Source: Ramazzottius varieornatus (Eukaryota; Animalia; Tardigrada). Taken from it: 64,000 nt of DNA. How positions within the stretch are numbered: position 1 is the stretch's first letter; every line of letters starts with the position of its first letter. The stretch covers positions 62,001 through 126,000 of the forward strand of contig BDGG01000020.1 of the NCBI GenBank assembly GCA_001949185.1. The letters run 5' to 3'. The translations under genes and the position numbers were made by a program. The notes under the pieces were generated by a model that had not been told where the DNA came from, did not search any database, and saw nothing but the letters and a program-made list of their open reading frames with translations. Shown one piece after another: positions 49,125-60,585 of this stretch.

Positions 49125-50901
49125 TCACGCGGATCTTTCGTCGTTCATCTCGAGTTCGTCCAAATTGATGCTTCCCAGGAACGCATCCGCTTCAGGGTCT
49201 TCGCCCCAGTGATCAGGTATCGAAGCTAGGAAAGCGTCACCGTCCACGTCGAAGCTGTGATCGTTGCTGTCTTCTGCAGACATAAGACTATTGAGATAAA
49301 CCGAGGAAACACTAGTTGGCACGTCGGCAGAGGATCTCAACGTAATCGTCACCCCAGTAGCGCACACGTTGATCGAACACCAACGAAAACACGCGTCACT
49401 TGAAATAACGATCGTGTTCATGAGCCGACGTTTCAGTTTCTTTTGGCTTTCTTACCAGTGAGATCGACGACTTCGATGGTCGATTGCCTTTTCTTCGCCT
49501 TCGTCACTTTGCTCTTCGACTCTGCGGGTGCGGACTCAATTCCGGGAGGAGGGGCGGCAGAACCAGGAGACTTTGGAAGCAGCTGCACAGGTCGAACCAC
49601 TTGGACAGGCCGAGAACTTGCGTGAGTAAGCCGAAGAGGAATCAAGTTCGCATGGACGGTCGCAGTAGGTGAAATCCGTTGTACGACAGCGACTGAAGCC
49701 TTTGGCTGCACATGGAGAGGGACTGGCGCAGGCCTGTTGGCCGTAGGAGGGGCCTGCACAGGTCGGTGTTGAACTGCAGGAACATTCGGCACGGGTCTCA
49801 CTGGCGGCACGGCCTGCGATGGAGGCGCAGCCCTGATTGGCGGCACGGCCTGTGGTGCAGGCGCGGCCCTGGCTTGGCCTGGCTGGAACGGCGGACTGGC
49901 TTGGCCTGGCTGGAACGGCGGACTGGCTTTCTCCAGTTTCGCGAGATCGACGGCCGTCATATTCCTGCAGAAACAAAACTTCATTTCTATAGAATATTCC
50001 CTAAAAATGACACGAACGCCAGGAACAGTTTTGTCCGTACAGTTTAGTGGCAAGGATGCGTTTCTGGACGTTCTGGATTTCGAGAGCGGGCACGGAGCCT
50101 CCAACCACCTGAATATTCTGCGCGGTAAGGAGCAGCGTCCCTCTTCGACAAGTTATCGGTGGAACTATCCGCACCTGAAATAAGGAGCATTGCAGAATGT
50201 TCGCAAGAGAGAAAAAGGAAGTCCGAGCGGTATACTTTGGTGCCGGGAGGAGTGTCGGTTCGGAGCTGGGCGACAGATTGGTACTCCATGCCCTGAATAT
50301 CTGTCTTCCCGTCCGTAAAATCCACCAGGAGCATCCGATTGCCGTGTTCAGCCGCCTTCAGCAGAGAAAACAGTGTGCGGTCTATCAGATTTCGGCTCCG
50401 AATTACAAGAACAGAAGAAACTTACCTTACCAGGCTGGTTGTCGTTTTCAGCGGAGATTAGCGTATTTTCGTTGAAACGATTGATGACTTTTTGCAGTTG
50501 CTGGTAAGCAGGACGACTCATGTCTCTCACAGAGTCAATCTGTAGAACGAGCGGCTTCGTTATCTTTTCTGAATGTTTCTTCGCGTTGGATCGGACAGCT
50601 GTTTGGACAGGAGAAGTCCAGTTGGCAGAGGGAGGACACAGTTGGCGCATGTCGGAAGATTTCCACGCCTCGAATGCTCGTTGTTCGACATGCAAAGAAA
50701 CCAACCCACGTTCATTGTTTTCACCGTCCTATAACCTATCTTGGAGATTTTCACCAAGAACAACAGAATGAATGTTTGGTTAACAAGCGGTACTAGTACC
50801 TGGCCGGTTCCAGTATTTTGGATCTGTTGCTGAAGGATGGCAATCATCTCGTCCGGCAGTTGCAGATTCTTCTCCCGGAACATCGCTTTGATACGCTCCA
50901 T
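49125..50901 (-). CDS. RMI1: RMI1-like protein (DUF1767 + OB1), Pro-rich linker and acidic tail, no OB2
   Basis: LVLQIDSVRDMSRPAYQQLQK; RMLLVDFTDG..IQGMEYQ..L..DTPPGTKV..I.CRRGTLLL..NIQVVGG.V; acidic DAFLASI tail. Confidence 0.85.
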
Positions 50902-51490
50902 AACAGCTGTCCGTCGTTGGTCACTGCTCGAGGATAAGAGATCAAAAATGTCCGTTAAGCAGAGGAATCACAACAGTGACGCGACAAAGTTCGTTAGAAG
51001 GCTTCCAAACTCGAAAGAAAAAGCGGAAAGTGCGTCGCGGATCCTCGCTGATCAACTGACGGCAGATGCCATCAGTCTGGTGGTTGAACCAAAAGTTTAC
51101 ACCTGAACCACATTGGGAGTTACGACGTCAGTGCATAACATGGAACGCCTGCACACTGCAGCTTCTTATTTAGGGATTTTTATGACGTCAATGGCAACAG
51201 CAGGCAAAAGTCATATGGCCCAATCAGCTGATTCGGTCTTGCTGCACTGGTGAGCTCTCCGAGCTTCGACAACTGCAGTATAGCTGGCTAACACACCTGT
51301 GTTATCACAGGTGGCGCAAACTATAGGGTAGCACGGAAAAGGTTGCAAGCTCACCCGCGTTTGTTGGGGTTTTCTGCACGTTAGTTGACTTTGAACTTTG
51401 CCAGCCTTTCACTTTCCATTTCCCGAAGTTTCCTTGCTTGTCATCTTAGTCCGTCTAGTCGAATCTCGTAAGTATAATCGTAGCAGAACG

Positions 51491-54400
51491 ATGGAGGAAC
51501 TACCCAAGGAGTTCGAGACTGTCGTGCTTGGAACAGGTGAATGCGGTAGTGAGCAGCTTCTTTACGGTACATTAAACGTGGCTTTGCATTGCAGGTTTGC
51601 CCGAGAGCATCGTCGCAGCAGCAGCTTCTAGGCTCGACAAATCCATCTTACAACTTGACCAGTAATTATATCGTTTTGTAGACACGCGTCTGGCTGTTAA
51701 GAGTTTCTCGGGTTTCGCAGGAATACTTTTTATGGACGCGACTGGGCTGGCTTCCGGTTGAAAGAATTACGCGAATACCTTTCTACTCTCATCCAAAACG
51801 TATATGGACCTTCTCTGTCGGCGAGCTGATCTTAATCATTTTATAACTAATATCTGTTGTGTTTCTCTCAGAAATTCGATGCGGTGGGCAGGGCCGTTGA
51901 TGAAAACTTATTGAAGGATGGCGAAGTCGCAGTCCCCATCAGGCCTTCGCACTGTCCTATCACAAACTTCGAGGAAAAAATCTACGTCAAGTACGTAATT
52001 GAGTGTGCTTGTCTCCTTATAGTAATCTAATACTGCACGAAGAAACGTAGATGAAAAATATTCTGAACGTATCATCATCTTCGAATTTCCATTTTAGGGA
52101 CGATGTTAGTGAGACCGATATTGCACCGCAGTCTAGACAGGAAAGATACCGTCGTTCCCGTCATTTCTCCGGCTCTTCTGTTGCAAGCAGTGGCACCAGC
52201 AGCACGCAAGGTAGTATAGACCGTTTCTGTTTCTGTTGGATTTCGTAGCCTTGATAGCCTTAATTTAGAGCGCATTTGCCGGTTTTTGTAGGTGATGAGT
52301 CAAGGACGCCAACTACACCGGAAGCTCCTCCAGTTCCCCCAAGAAAACAGTTCTCCTTCGACGATGTCTTGGCGGAGAGTAAAAAGTTTTCCCTCGATCT
52401 CGCGCCGAAGCTTTTCTGGTCCAACGATAAATTCGTCGACTTACTAACGACGTCCAATGTCAGTCGGTATGCCTCCTTCCGGCTGGTGAATTCCGTTGCC
52501 ACGACCGTCGAGGGACGCATCACTTCGGTGAGACGATCAAGCCAACTCTCTGAAATTCGTGTGCGAGCCTCGATATGGATCGGCTGTTTTGGCTGCAGGT
52601 GCCGTTCTCGCAATCTGCCATTTTTCAATATGAAGGCCTCAGTCCGAGTGATAAGAGAAAGTTGGTGAAGTTTATGACTATGTGTATGGACCCGGGGAAG
52701 ATGCAAGAGCAAATGCAGGCTGCATCGCAAATGAAGCTGGGAGCGTATTTGGACAAGTTGCAGCTTCCAAACACGCTGAGAAAGTCTCTGGTGAATGCGG
52801 TGGCGATGTGTACCGATCAAACTTCCGTACCGGAAGTAAGAAATAATTTTGCGCTCGGCGGACGAAATGAGCTAGCTACTGTAGCTTTCCCAAGTGGCGC
52901 ACGCTTTCAGCAAGCATCAATAAGATCGTGAGCCCCTTGAGATGACGACCTGTGTGAAATCGTTGCCGCAATCTGAACTTGTTTCATTGTAAATTTTGCA
53001 GATTATGACGCTGAATCGTACCTAAATCAATCAATTTTATTGAGTTTAAGTCATCAAAAAAATTGCTTCCATATTTTCCGTATTTTTTTAATAGTTTGGA
53101 TCCATCGACGGTGTGCTTTGCAGGCGTTGAAAAGGATAAGGAGGTTCCTGCAAGCATGTGGGCGTTACGGTGCGAACACCTCCCCATTCCTCTTCCCGGT
53201 TTTCGGGAGTGGCGAATATCCACAGTATTTTGCACGAGTCAGTGCCATCTTCGGAGGCATCCAGTGCCTGAGCAGAACAGTGGACCACGCTGTAGTGAGC
53301 ACCTCTTCCAACAAAGTCACTGCTGTGATAAGCAATCACGAACGCATCGCCTGCGAGAACTTGGTCCTTCCTACTGAATATGTTCCAGATGAATGGAAAT
53401 CGTCGAACCATCCTTCAAAAGCACGGTACGTTGTATGGTCAGCATTCCAGAGCTCGGCAGACAAACAGACTGTTTGTCACAAACTCGATATGGTCGTTTT
53501 CCCCAGCGACTCACGTTTACAGTGTTATTGGCTGGAACATGCGCCACTTCGAAGAACAAGCTCGACACGATTGGTTTTCCGAGTGGCGCGTGCCTTTAGC
53601 TAATCACACTCAAAAAGTGGACCAGTTGGTAAAACAGTCTTATGGATTTTGATTGCCGAGCTTCCATCCACACTATACTGTACTGTGTGTGATAAGCGTT
53701 TCGATCTTTGCTCTGTAGAATATTGTCGAGAGCAATACTAATAACGGATCATTCCATCTTCCCAAGAGTTAAGAACGACAACGGTGAGAAGCAAGCCTGT
53801 GATTCCGGGTTCATGCGGATAGCGCGCGAAGACGGTGACGAACTGGGTGTACTGCTGGTTGAAGCGTCGCATACGGCTGATATCTGTCCGGCAGACTACC
53901 GTAAGTACTATAAAGTGTAATAGTAAGCATGAAAACTGGTAGAGAGCTATCGAGCAGTAAGCGAGGCAGTTGTTTGTTACACGTCTTGGATTCGAGGTTC
54001 GTTTCGCAAGCTTGAAATTTATGGCGGTTCTGAAGTCAAAAAATACTTTTCAGTGTAGAATGTTTTTCCAAGATAGCCTCTTTGGAGTAGGTGTTGTGTA
54101 TTTATGGATGAATGCAAAGTCATCCGCTCGGGCCGATTTGGAGCCCTACGTTGAGAGACTGCTAGAGCCATTCCAACATGGTGAGTTTGCTTTCGCATGG
54201 TAACCTTCCGATTTCAGGCCGTCACTTCAAACAATCTGTGATGACCGTGGGTCTTGTTTGTAGATAGGGACGGAATGCCGAAAGTATTGTGGGCTTGCTA
54301 CCACAACTATGAAAGGTGGACATGGGCAGAGACCACCGAACAGCCAAGCGCCGCTGGTGATGCTGGACGCTCGGCTGCAGCTGGTAAAATACCGGCGAAT

Positions 54401-54678
54401 GTGCGCGTGGTCAGTGGACCGTCGGGAAGCATCGACCTGGAGGACGTGCTCGAGGAGGTGCTGTAACGGCGTGGTTGGCTGAAGGACAATGTCAGAGTTC
54501 TTTAGTACTGATTGCTGTCTGTTCTTTGTAGAGCAAAGCAGTGTTTGAGAAAATGTATCCCGGTCTACCGTTCCTGCCTCGGATACCTGGCCCGGACGAG
54601 ATTGTTCTGGACACATCCGACTCGCCGTCGCTTGACCAAAGCGGCAATAAAGAGTCAGAAAACATCGAAAATGTATAA
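51491..54678 (+). CDS. CHM: Rab escort protein (Rab GGTase component A, REP/CHM family), multi-exon
   Basis: LPKEFETVVLGTGLPESIVAAAASR..LQLD.N.FYG.DW; KFSLDLAPKL..LL.TSNVSRYASF; VPFS; CGRYG..PFLFPVFGSGEYPQYFARVSAIFGG; C-terminal FLPRIPGPDEIV. Confidence 0.92.
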
Positions 54679-55067
54679 TGATAATACAACACTTTGAATT
54701 TAAACTTCGACTTTTTCGACAAGTTGTGACCGATATGGTCAGACTTTTGACCAATGGTTCGTCCCATGCTCGGTGAGTCTGATAAATACTCGGAACCCAG
54801 GCATAATGTCTTTTGCTGAAAAGAAGGCCTGAAAGAATACAACCAGGTTACGGTGGTCCGTTGATGAGAAAGCCGGATCTGTCTTGATTGACATCTTTAG
54901 GTGGTCGGTTGACCACGGCATTTCCAGCGAACGAGTTGCAACGCATATAGAGCAAGAAAGATCTTCGTTTTTGCATTCCAACATTCAGCCATAGTTCTTC
55001 CATGATTAGCGCATAAATTGTTCGTTGGTCGTCATCGATCAAAATGGTCCTCTAACCGGACAAGGAA

Positions 55068-57606
55068 ATGCTCTTATTGTCTTTCATCGCCTTTTCGAGC
55101 TTTGTGATACCGTCAAGATGCCGATTCATCGATCTGGGCTTGGACGATGATTATTACTCGTCGCCGAACGACGCGGTGGATGGAGACCCGCTCTGGCTGC
55201 GACTTCGCGAGGGCCACAACTCATCGATCGACGAATACCCTGGTATTTCCACCTGTCTATTCTTTCTCGGTGCTTTTCCTTGCCAAATCATTTGCGTTTG
55301 CCAGAAAAAAATCATAAGTGTTATCTGCTTGTAGAACAGGACCAGGTGTTCTCTGGGAACTTTGAGGAAATTTACGGTGAGTCCAGCTTGACACCGCCGC
55401 GATGCTGTGCAACAACGCAGTATGAAATTACAGCGGTGAAGAAAAAATTCCTCACTAAAAATAAATTTTACAGACAGCCAAGTCAACGGAATCGAAATCT
55501 ACGAGAATGATATTATCGTCAATCGAAGTACACAGTTTTATCGAAACCACTCGGTCAGTATCATCGGCATTGCGATGGGGTTGACGACGAAATTTTCCGG
55601 GGTTTTTGATTTCAAACAAGCTGTGACGGTTCTTGTCTCCAAACAGGATGAGCTGAACGAGCGGACGTTTCTGCGGGACAAAGCCTTCCATTGGCCCACA
55701 ACGACCATTCCCGTCATCATCGACCCCAAAGCTCCCTACACACGGCGTCAGAGAGCCTTGATCCTCGACGCCATGTGGCAGTACCACAAGCACACCTGCA
55801 TCCGCTTCGTCCATCGCACTCGCGAACTCGACTATATCTTTATCACCATGGACCCAAAAAGAGGCTGCTCGTCCAATGTGGGAAGGCAGGGTGGTCGACA
55901 GGACATGTACCTAAAGATACCCGGATGTGTCACGCTGGTCGGCACGGCCCTCCACGAATTCATGCATAACTTGGGGTATGGGGATCAAACAGCATATATA
56001 ACTTGGTTCATCCATTCCAAACAACAGATCGACGAAGATTATCTGGGAATTCTTCTACGTAAACTTGTTCATTGTCGCGACATCTTTCTATCATTCACAG
56101 TTTCTTCCACGAACATTCGAGACCGGATCGAGACTCCAACATCAAGATTCTCCTTGACCGGATTATGCCTGGTGAACCACGAAATTTTCGATGTTCAAGA
56201 TTTTAAATAATACCGTTACAGTGGTAGCTCTCCAAACAAATTCGACTAGATCGTTGTTCAAGTGGCGCACGTTGTCAGTCTTATTGGCTGGAGGCGTGCG
56301 CTATTTGAGAAAAGATCTGGTCGAGTCCGTTTGCCGAGCTCCTACACGGTAGTTTCGTTTGTATTCCAGTTATCTGTGTGTTGTAGGTTTCGAGGGTAAC
56401 TTCAAGGCCTTCTCGCAAGTTTTTGTCGACACCCTCGGTCAGCCGTATGACTACGACTCGGTGATGCACTACTCCGCGGTAGCGTTCACGAAAGATGGCT
56501 CTTACACCATCGTTCCCTACTTTGCCGACGTGAAGCGGCTGGGTCAGCGGAAGAAGTTCAGCCGCATTGACATCAGGAAGGTCAACCGCGCCTACCGGTG
56601 CCCTCAGCGCGATACAGAGAGTGACCCGGAAGAAGATCAGGATTCGGCGGTCGTGTCGGCCACGATGCCGAGTAACACGACGAGGCCCGAGAAAATCGTC
56701 AAAATTTTTGGCGGGTCTCCGGGCTTGTGTAACACGCAAGGTCCGGTCGATGCTGCGGTATTCAATGACGGAAAACTTTACGTCTTCAAAAGTAGGAAAT
56801 TCCTTTTGTTTTCTACCATCGAAATTTTTGCCAATTATACAATATTTCTTTTACAGAGGGATACTTTTGGGTCTACCGAATGATATCGCGCGGACATTTT
56901 GGAGTGACGCACCTCAAGCCTCAACTGGTTACGTCGAAGATCAACGAGTTCCTGCCGAAAAGGATGGAGGCTGTGGTTCGGCTGGACAAGTGCTTTTACG
57001 TATTCGCAGTAAGTTTGTATTTTGACCCTGCATCGTTCCCCTCCTCTCGTGCAAGTACCCACATGTCACAGATATATTTTTGCAGAACGACACGGTGTAT
57101 ACGTTGACCGCACTGGATTCGACCACGGCTGTGGATATTACCGCGACCCAGAGAACCTTTGCTCCGTTGCGGTGGAGGGTACGAGGAATGGTCCAAATGG
57201 ACAACCAAACGTTTTTTTCCAACGGTAAAGAGACCAGTTGGACGAACGATTAAAACTAACCAGTATAAAAAAGAGCGAATTGGCACTTGGGGACGATATT
57301 CTGTCTGGTATAGGTTCGCTACTCTTCAGCTACAACCCCATCAATGATGCCATTATCGGGCAGTTACAATTGTCAAATGTAAGGCACTGAGATTACCGTG
57401 AGAGTTTTTGGACTGTGGTGAAAGAATACCGAGCAACCAGTTCTGATTTGCAGGCGTCGGGTCTTCCACTCACTCACGACATGATATTCAACGTGGATGA
57501 CAGAAGGGTGATGATGATCGGGGGTTCGAAGGTCTACCTGACGAGACCGGGCACTTTGGTGGTTGAAGAGGGGTTTCCCACCTCATTCCACTCGGCATTC
57601 TGTTGA
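55068..57606 (+). CDS. Secreted astacin (M12A) zinc metalloprotease with a C-terminal hemopexin-like domain
   Basis: Signal peptide; WP..TIP..I; AM..YHKHTCIRFV.R; GCSSNVGRQGG.Q; HEFMHNLG|FFHEHSRPDRD; YDYDSVMHY Met-turn; C..GPVDAAVFNDGKLYVFK.GYFW and MEAVVRLDKCFYVF repeats; terminal Cys. Confidence 0.9.
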
Positions 57607-57671
57607 GTACTTGATAAAAACTTGTTGTCGAGCACGAAGAAGTTTGTGGACATTACTGTACCACTGTACTC

Positions 57672-57799
57672 TATTGTAATGCTTCATGAACTTCGCGATT
57701 TGTGACGTCACAGTATGCGTAGAGTTTATGGATAAGCTGACGCATACAGCATACGCCTAATGTGACGTCACGTCGCGAAGTTCATGAAGCATTACAGTA
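57672..57799. mobile_element. Short MITE (family of 40509-40801)
   Basis: tgtaatgcttcatgaacttcgcga...tcgcgaagttcatgaagcattaca. Confidence 0.85.
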
Positions 57800-58158
57800 C
57801 TGTCTTGTTGTTGAGCTCTCCTGTCAATAAGTAGTTCGTTTGTTTCAGCGTTTGTCTTACCTCTCGACCAGCGGACAGCGTTATAACTGGTGAAGCAGTG
57901 TACGAGAATAGTAAATTGTAATATCCATGGGGTCCCAAAAAACAGCCGCATGACTAGGACTTGCAAAAGCAAAAACATGTCTGACCTTGCTTGTACTATG
58001 GGAAAACAAAGGAGTTTGTTGTCAGGCAGGCAGAGTTGTTGAATGATACTGGATATTTCCGCCTGTCCATGATGTTTTTCGACGAAAGTTTTTGCATTGT
58101 TGGAGCTAGAATGGGCAGTCATTTCCAATGACTTTGGAACTATTGCTCGGGAGCGTCG

Positions 58159-60313
58159 ATGGCGAAGGCAAGCTCGGGTCGTAAAGGCGAGGCCAGGTCA
58201 ACACCAGATGCAGGCAAGAAGAGCGGCAAGTCAAAGAGAGCTGTTCATAAGTCCAAAGTAAAACCTCCCCGTCCGGATTATTCCAAGCCGGTCTGGTGGC
58301 GCAAGGAGGATGTCTCGAAACCTCAAGACTGGTACGAACGAGCATACGGCGAAAACTTCTTCCCACCGAACAGCAGTACGACCGATATCTATGGACAGAA
58401 GCAACGTAAGAGAACAGTAGCGTTTGCGCGTGGATGTTTTCTTGAGACTGACGATGAAGGAGGTAGAAGTTCACCAGATAGTGACAACGCGAAGTCCATT
58501 TCGGAAGAACCGGTGGAAGATGATGAGATACCGAGGGACGAGTCGTCCTCAGAAGATGCTGATGAGAAACGGGGAACTGTGCTCAAATCCTTGACGGAAG
58601 AAGAGGCGCAGAAAATAGCCGATTATCATTTAAAGATTCTGAGAGAAGAGTACGCATGTGACGTGGAAAAATACTCTGGTAGCTGCAAATTTGGAACAAC
58701 AATTGTTCTTTGATGGTTACACAGAACGGAAGAAACGACGAGGATTGCTGAAGAAAGTGACAAACGTGGTGACTATTTGTACGTACATGTACGAGCTGGC
58801 TGATTCAGTGTAACTGTTTTTCTACAGTATTGCCTTACTCGGGTAATTGTGGTAGGTCAGGAACCAAGGACTGGCTGGGTGAAAGGCTCAAAACTTTCTA
58901 CCGCGATACCGTAAGCATTATTTCGCTGTACTTTTCATAAATATTCGTTCGTGTGGCAGCGCCCTCAACACCCGACAACTCGTGTTCAACTTCACAGGAC
59001 GAGTGGGAGAAGGCGATGAGGAAGCGACTGGACGAGCAGAGAACACGGAACGAAGTGGCCGATGCTAAATCCAGCATCATCAGTAACGCACTACTGGCCG
59101 AGCGTCATCACAAATTGGAAGGCTTCGCCAGGTCCTCTAAAAGTCGAGTGAAAACTCCACCACGCCCTTGCTTCATATTAACAATATGCTTGACGAATTT
59201 CAGTGTCTTGACAAACCTGCTCTTTCTCCCATAGGGTGGAGTGAACTTCTGGAGAAGAAGCAGAAATACGCAGAGGACAAGCTGTCGACCTACCGTTCCT
59301 GGACACCTTGGGCGGTAAGCAGCACTAGACGAGTCTCCTCTCGATCTGTATTGAGGGAAGGAGAAACTCTGTACAGAGTTTGTTCTACAGGTTACAAGTT
59401 ACTGGATGAGGGCTCAAATCGACAAAGTTACCCGCAGTAACATGGCAGAGAAACGCGATAGGCTGGCGAACCTGACCAGTCTTCGGACCAGTCACGAAAC
59501 TTTGAAAGCCAAATGGACCGCCGAGCATAACCTGCGACATGAAATTCTCCAGTCCGCCATCAAAAAGGTACGAGAGAGAGATGAATACCTGCGAAGTCCG
59601 TTGTCAACCAAAGTTGGGTGTCAGAAGATAAGTTTAGCACCATCACTATCTTTGCTGGCGCAAGTTGTCCTTGTTATTGGACGGTAGAGTGCGCTAGTTG
59701 GAAAAAGTGATCGTGTTCAGGTCATGTGCCGATGTCCAACTATCAATATTTTTCGCTTTAGCGTGAACTGGGCTACATTATTCCTTTTCTGCAGGAAAAC
59801 AGCGAGCATGTGACAGATTACGTTCACTCTAGACTGAGGCGGATCGAACCCCTAAAAGCTCAAAAGGGCGCTCTACTGCACGAATTCGAGAAATGGCAAG
59901 AGATCAAAGAAAGATGGTACGTCATTCTCCAAACCAAGCTCTCCAGGCGGCACGACCTCCATCTGCAAATTCGCGCGTTAAGACCGCAGACTTCTCATTT
60001 GTCGCGTGTCGAAGTCCCCATAGGAGACGCCACGACTCATTCCTTGGTAAAGCGGGAAGGCGTGGTCAAAGATGAGCTGCGCGAGCTTCAGCGCAACCTT
60101 CAAGATCAGTACACATATTACAATATTGAAAGCGTATTCCGCGATAAAGTGGTGGAAGCGCATAGCTTTTTCCACGATGATGAAAAAGAAGAAGAAAGTG
60201 GTGAGGGTGGTACCAAGCAGAAAGCGCAGCCGTTTGCTAGTTTGCCAAGTATGGAAAGATCGGTAGAGTTCTCTGAAGTACTCGAGCATGCTTTTAGCTT
60301 CTCCGAAACTTGA
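58159..60313 (+). CDS. Unknown multi-exon coiled-coil protein with basic/acidic low-complexity N-terminus
   Basis: Series of charged, helical ORF segments (58159, 58998, 59234, 59391, 59794) bounded by GT/AG; no family recognised. Confidence 0.6.
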
Positions 60314-60585
60314 CTCTTTACGACCAAGAGCCTAACATCTTAGTAAAGATGAGTGCTGGCAGTCAACTATTGCTGAATCTTAAGGTACTTTGAACATCAC
60401 ACAACGTACCTCAGAGCGCTGTTTTTCGATCGGGCAATGTAAAAAAGAAACAGGATAGCTGCCATGAAAACAAACATATCTTCTATAGTGTTAATATAAA
60501 TCGCTGAAAGATTTGGTGCAAGAATTGGCAGATGGAGTAGGAGAAAAAAAGTTCAATGTAAAATCCAAGCATCCCCACCGGTCCT

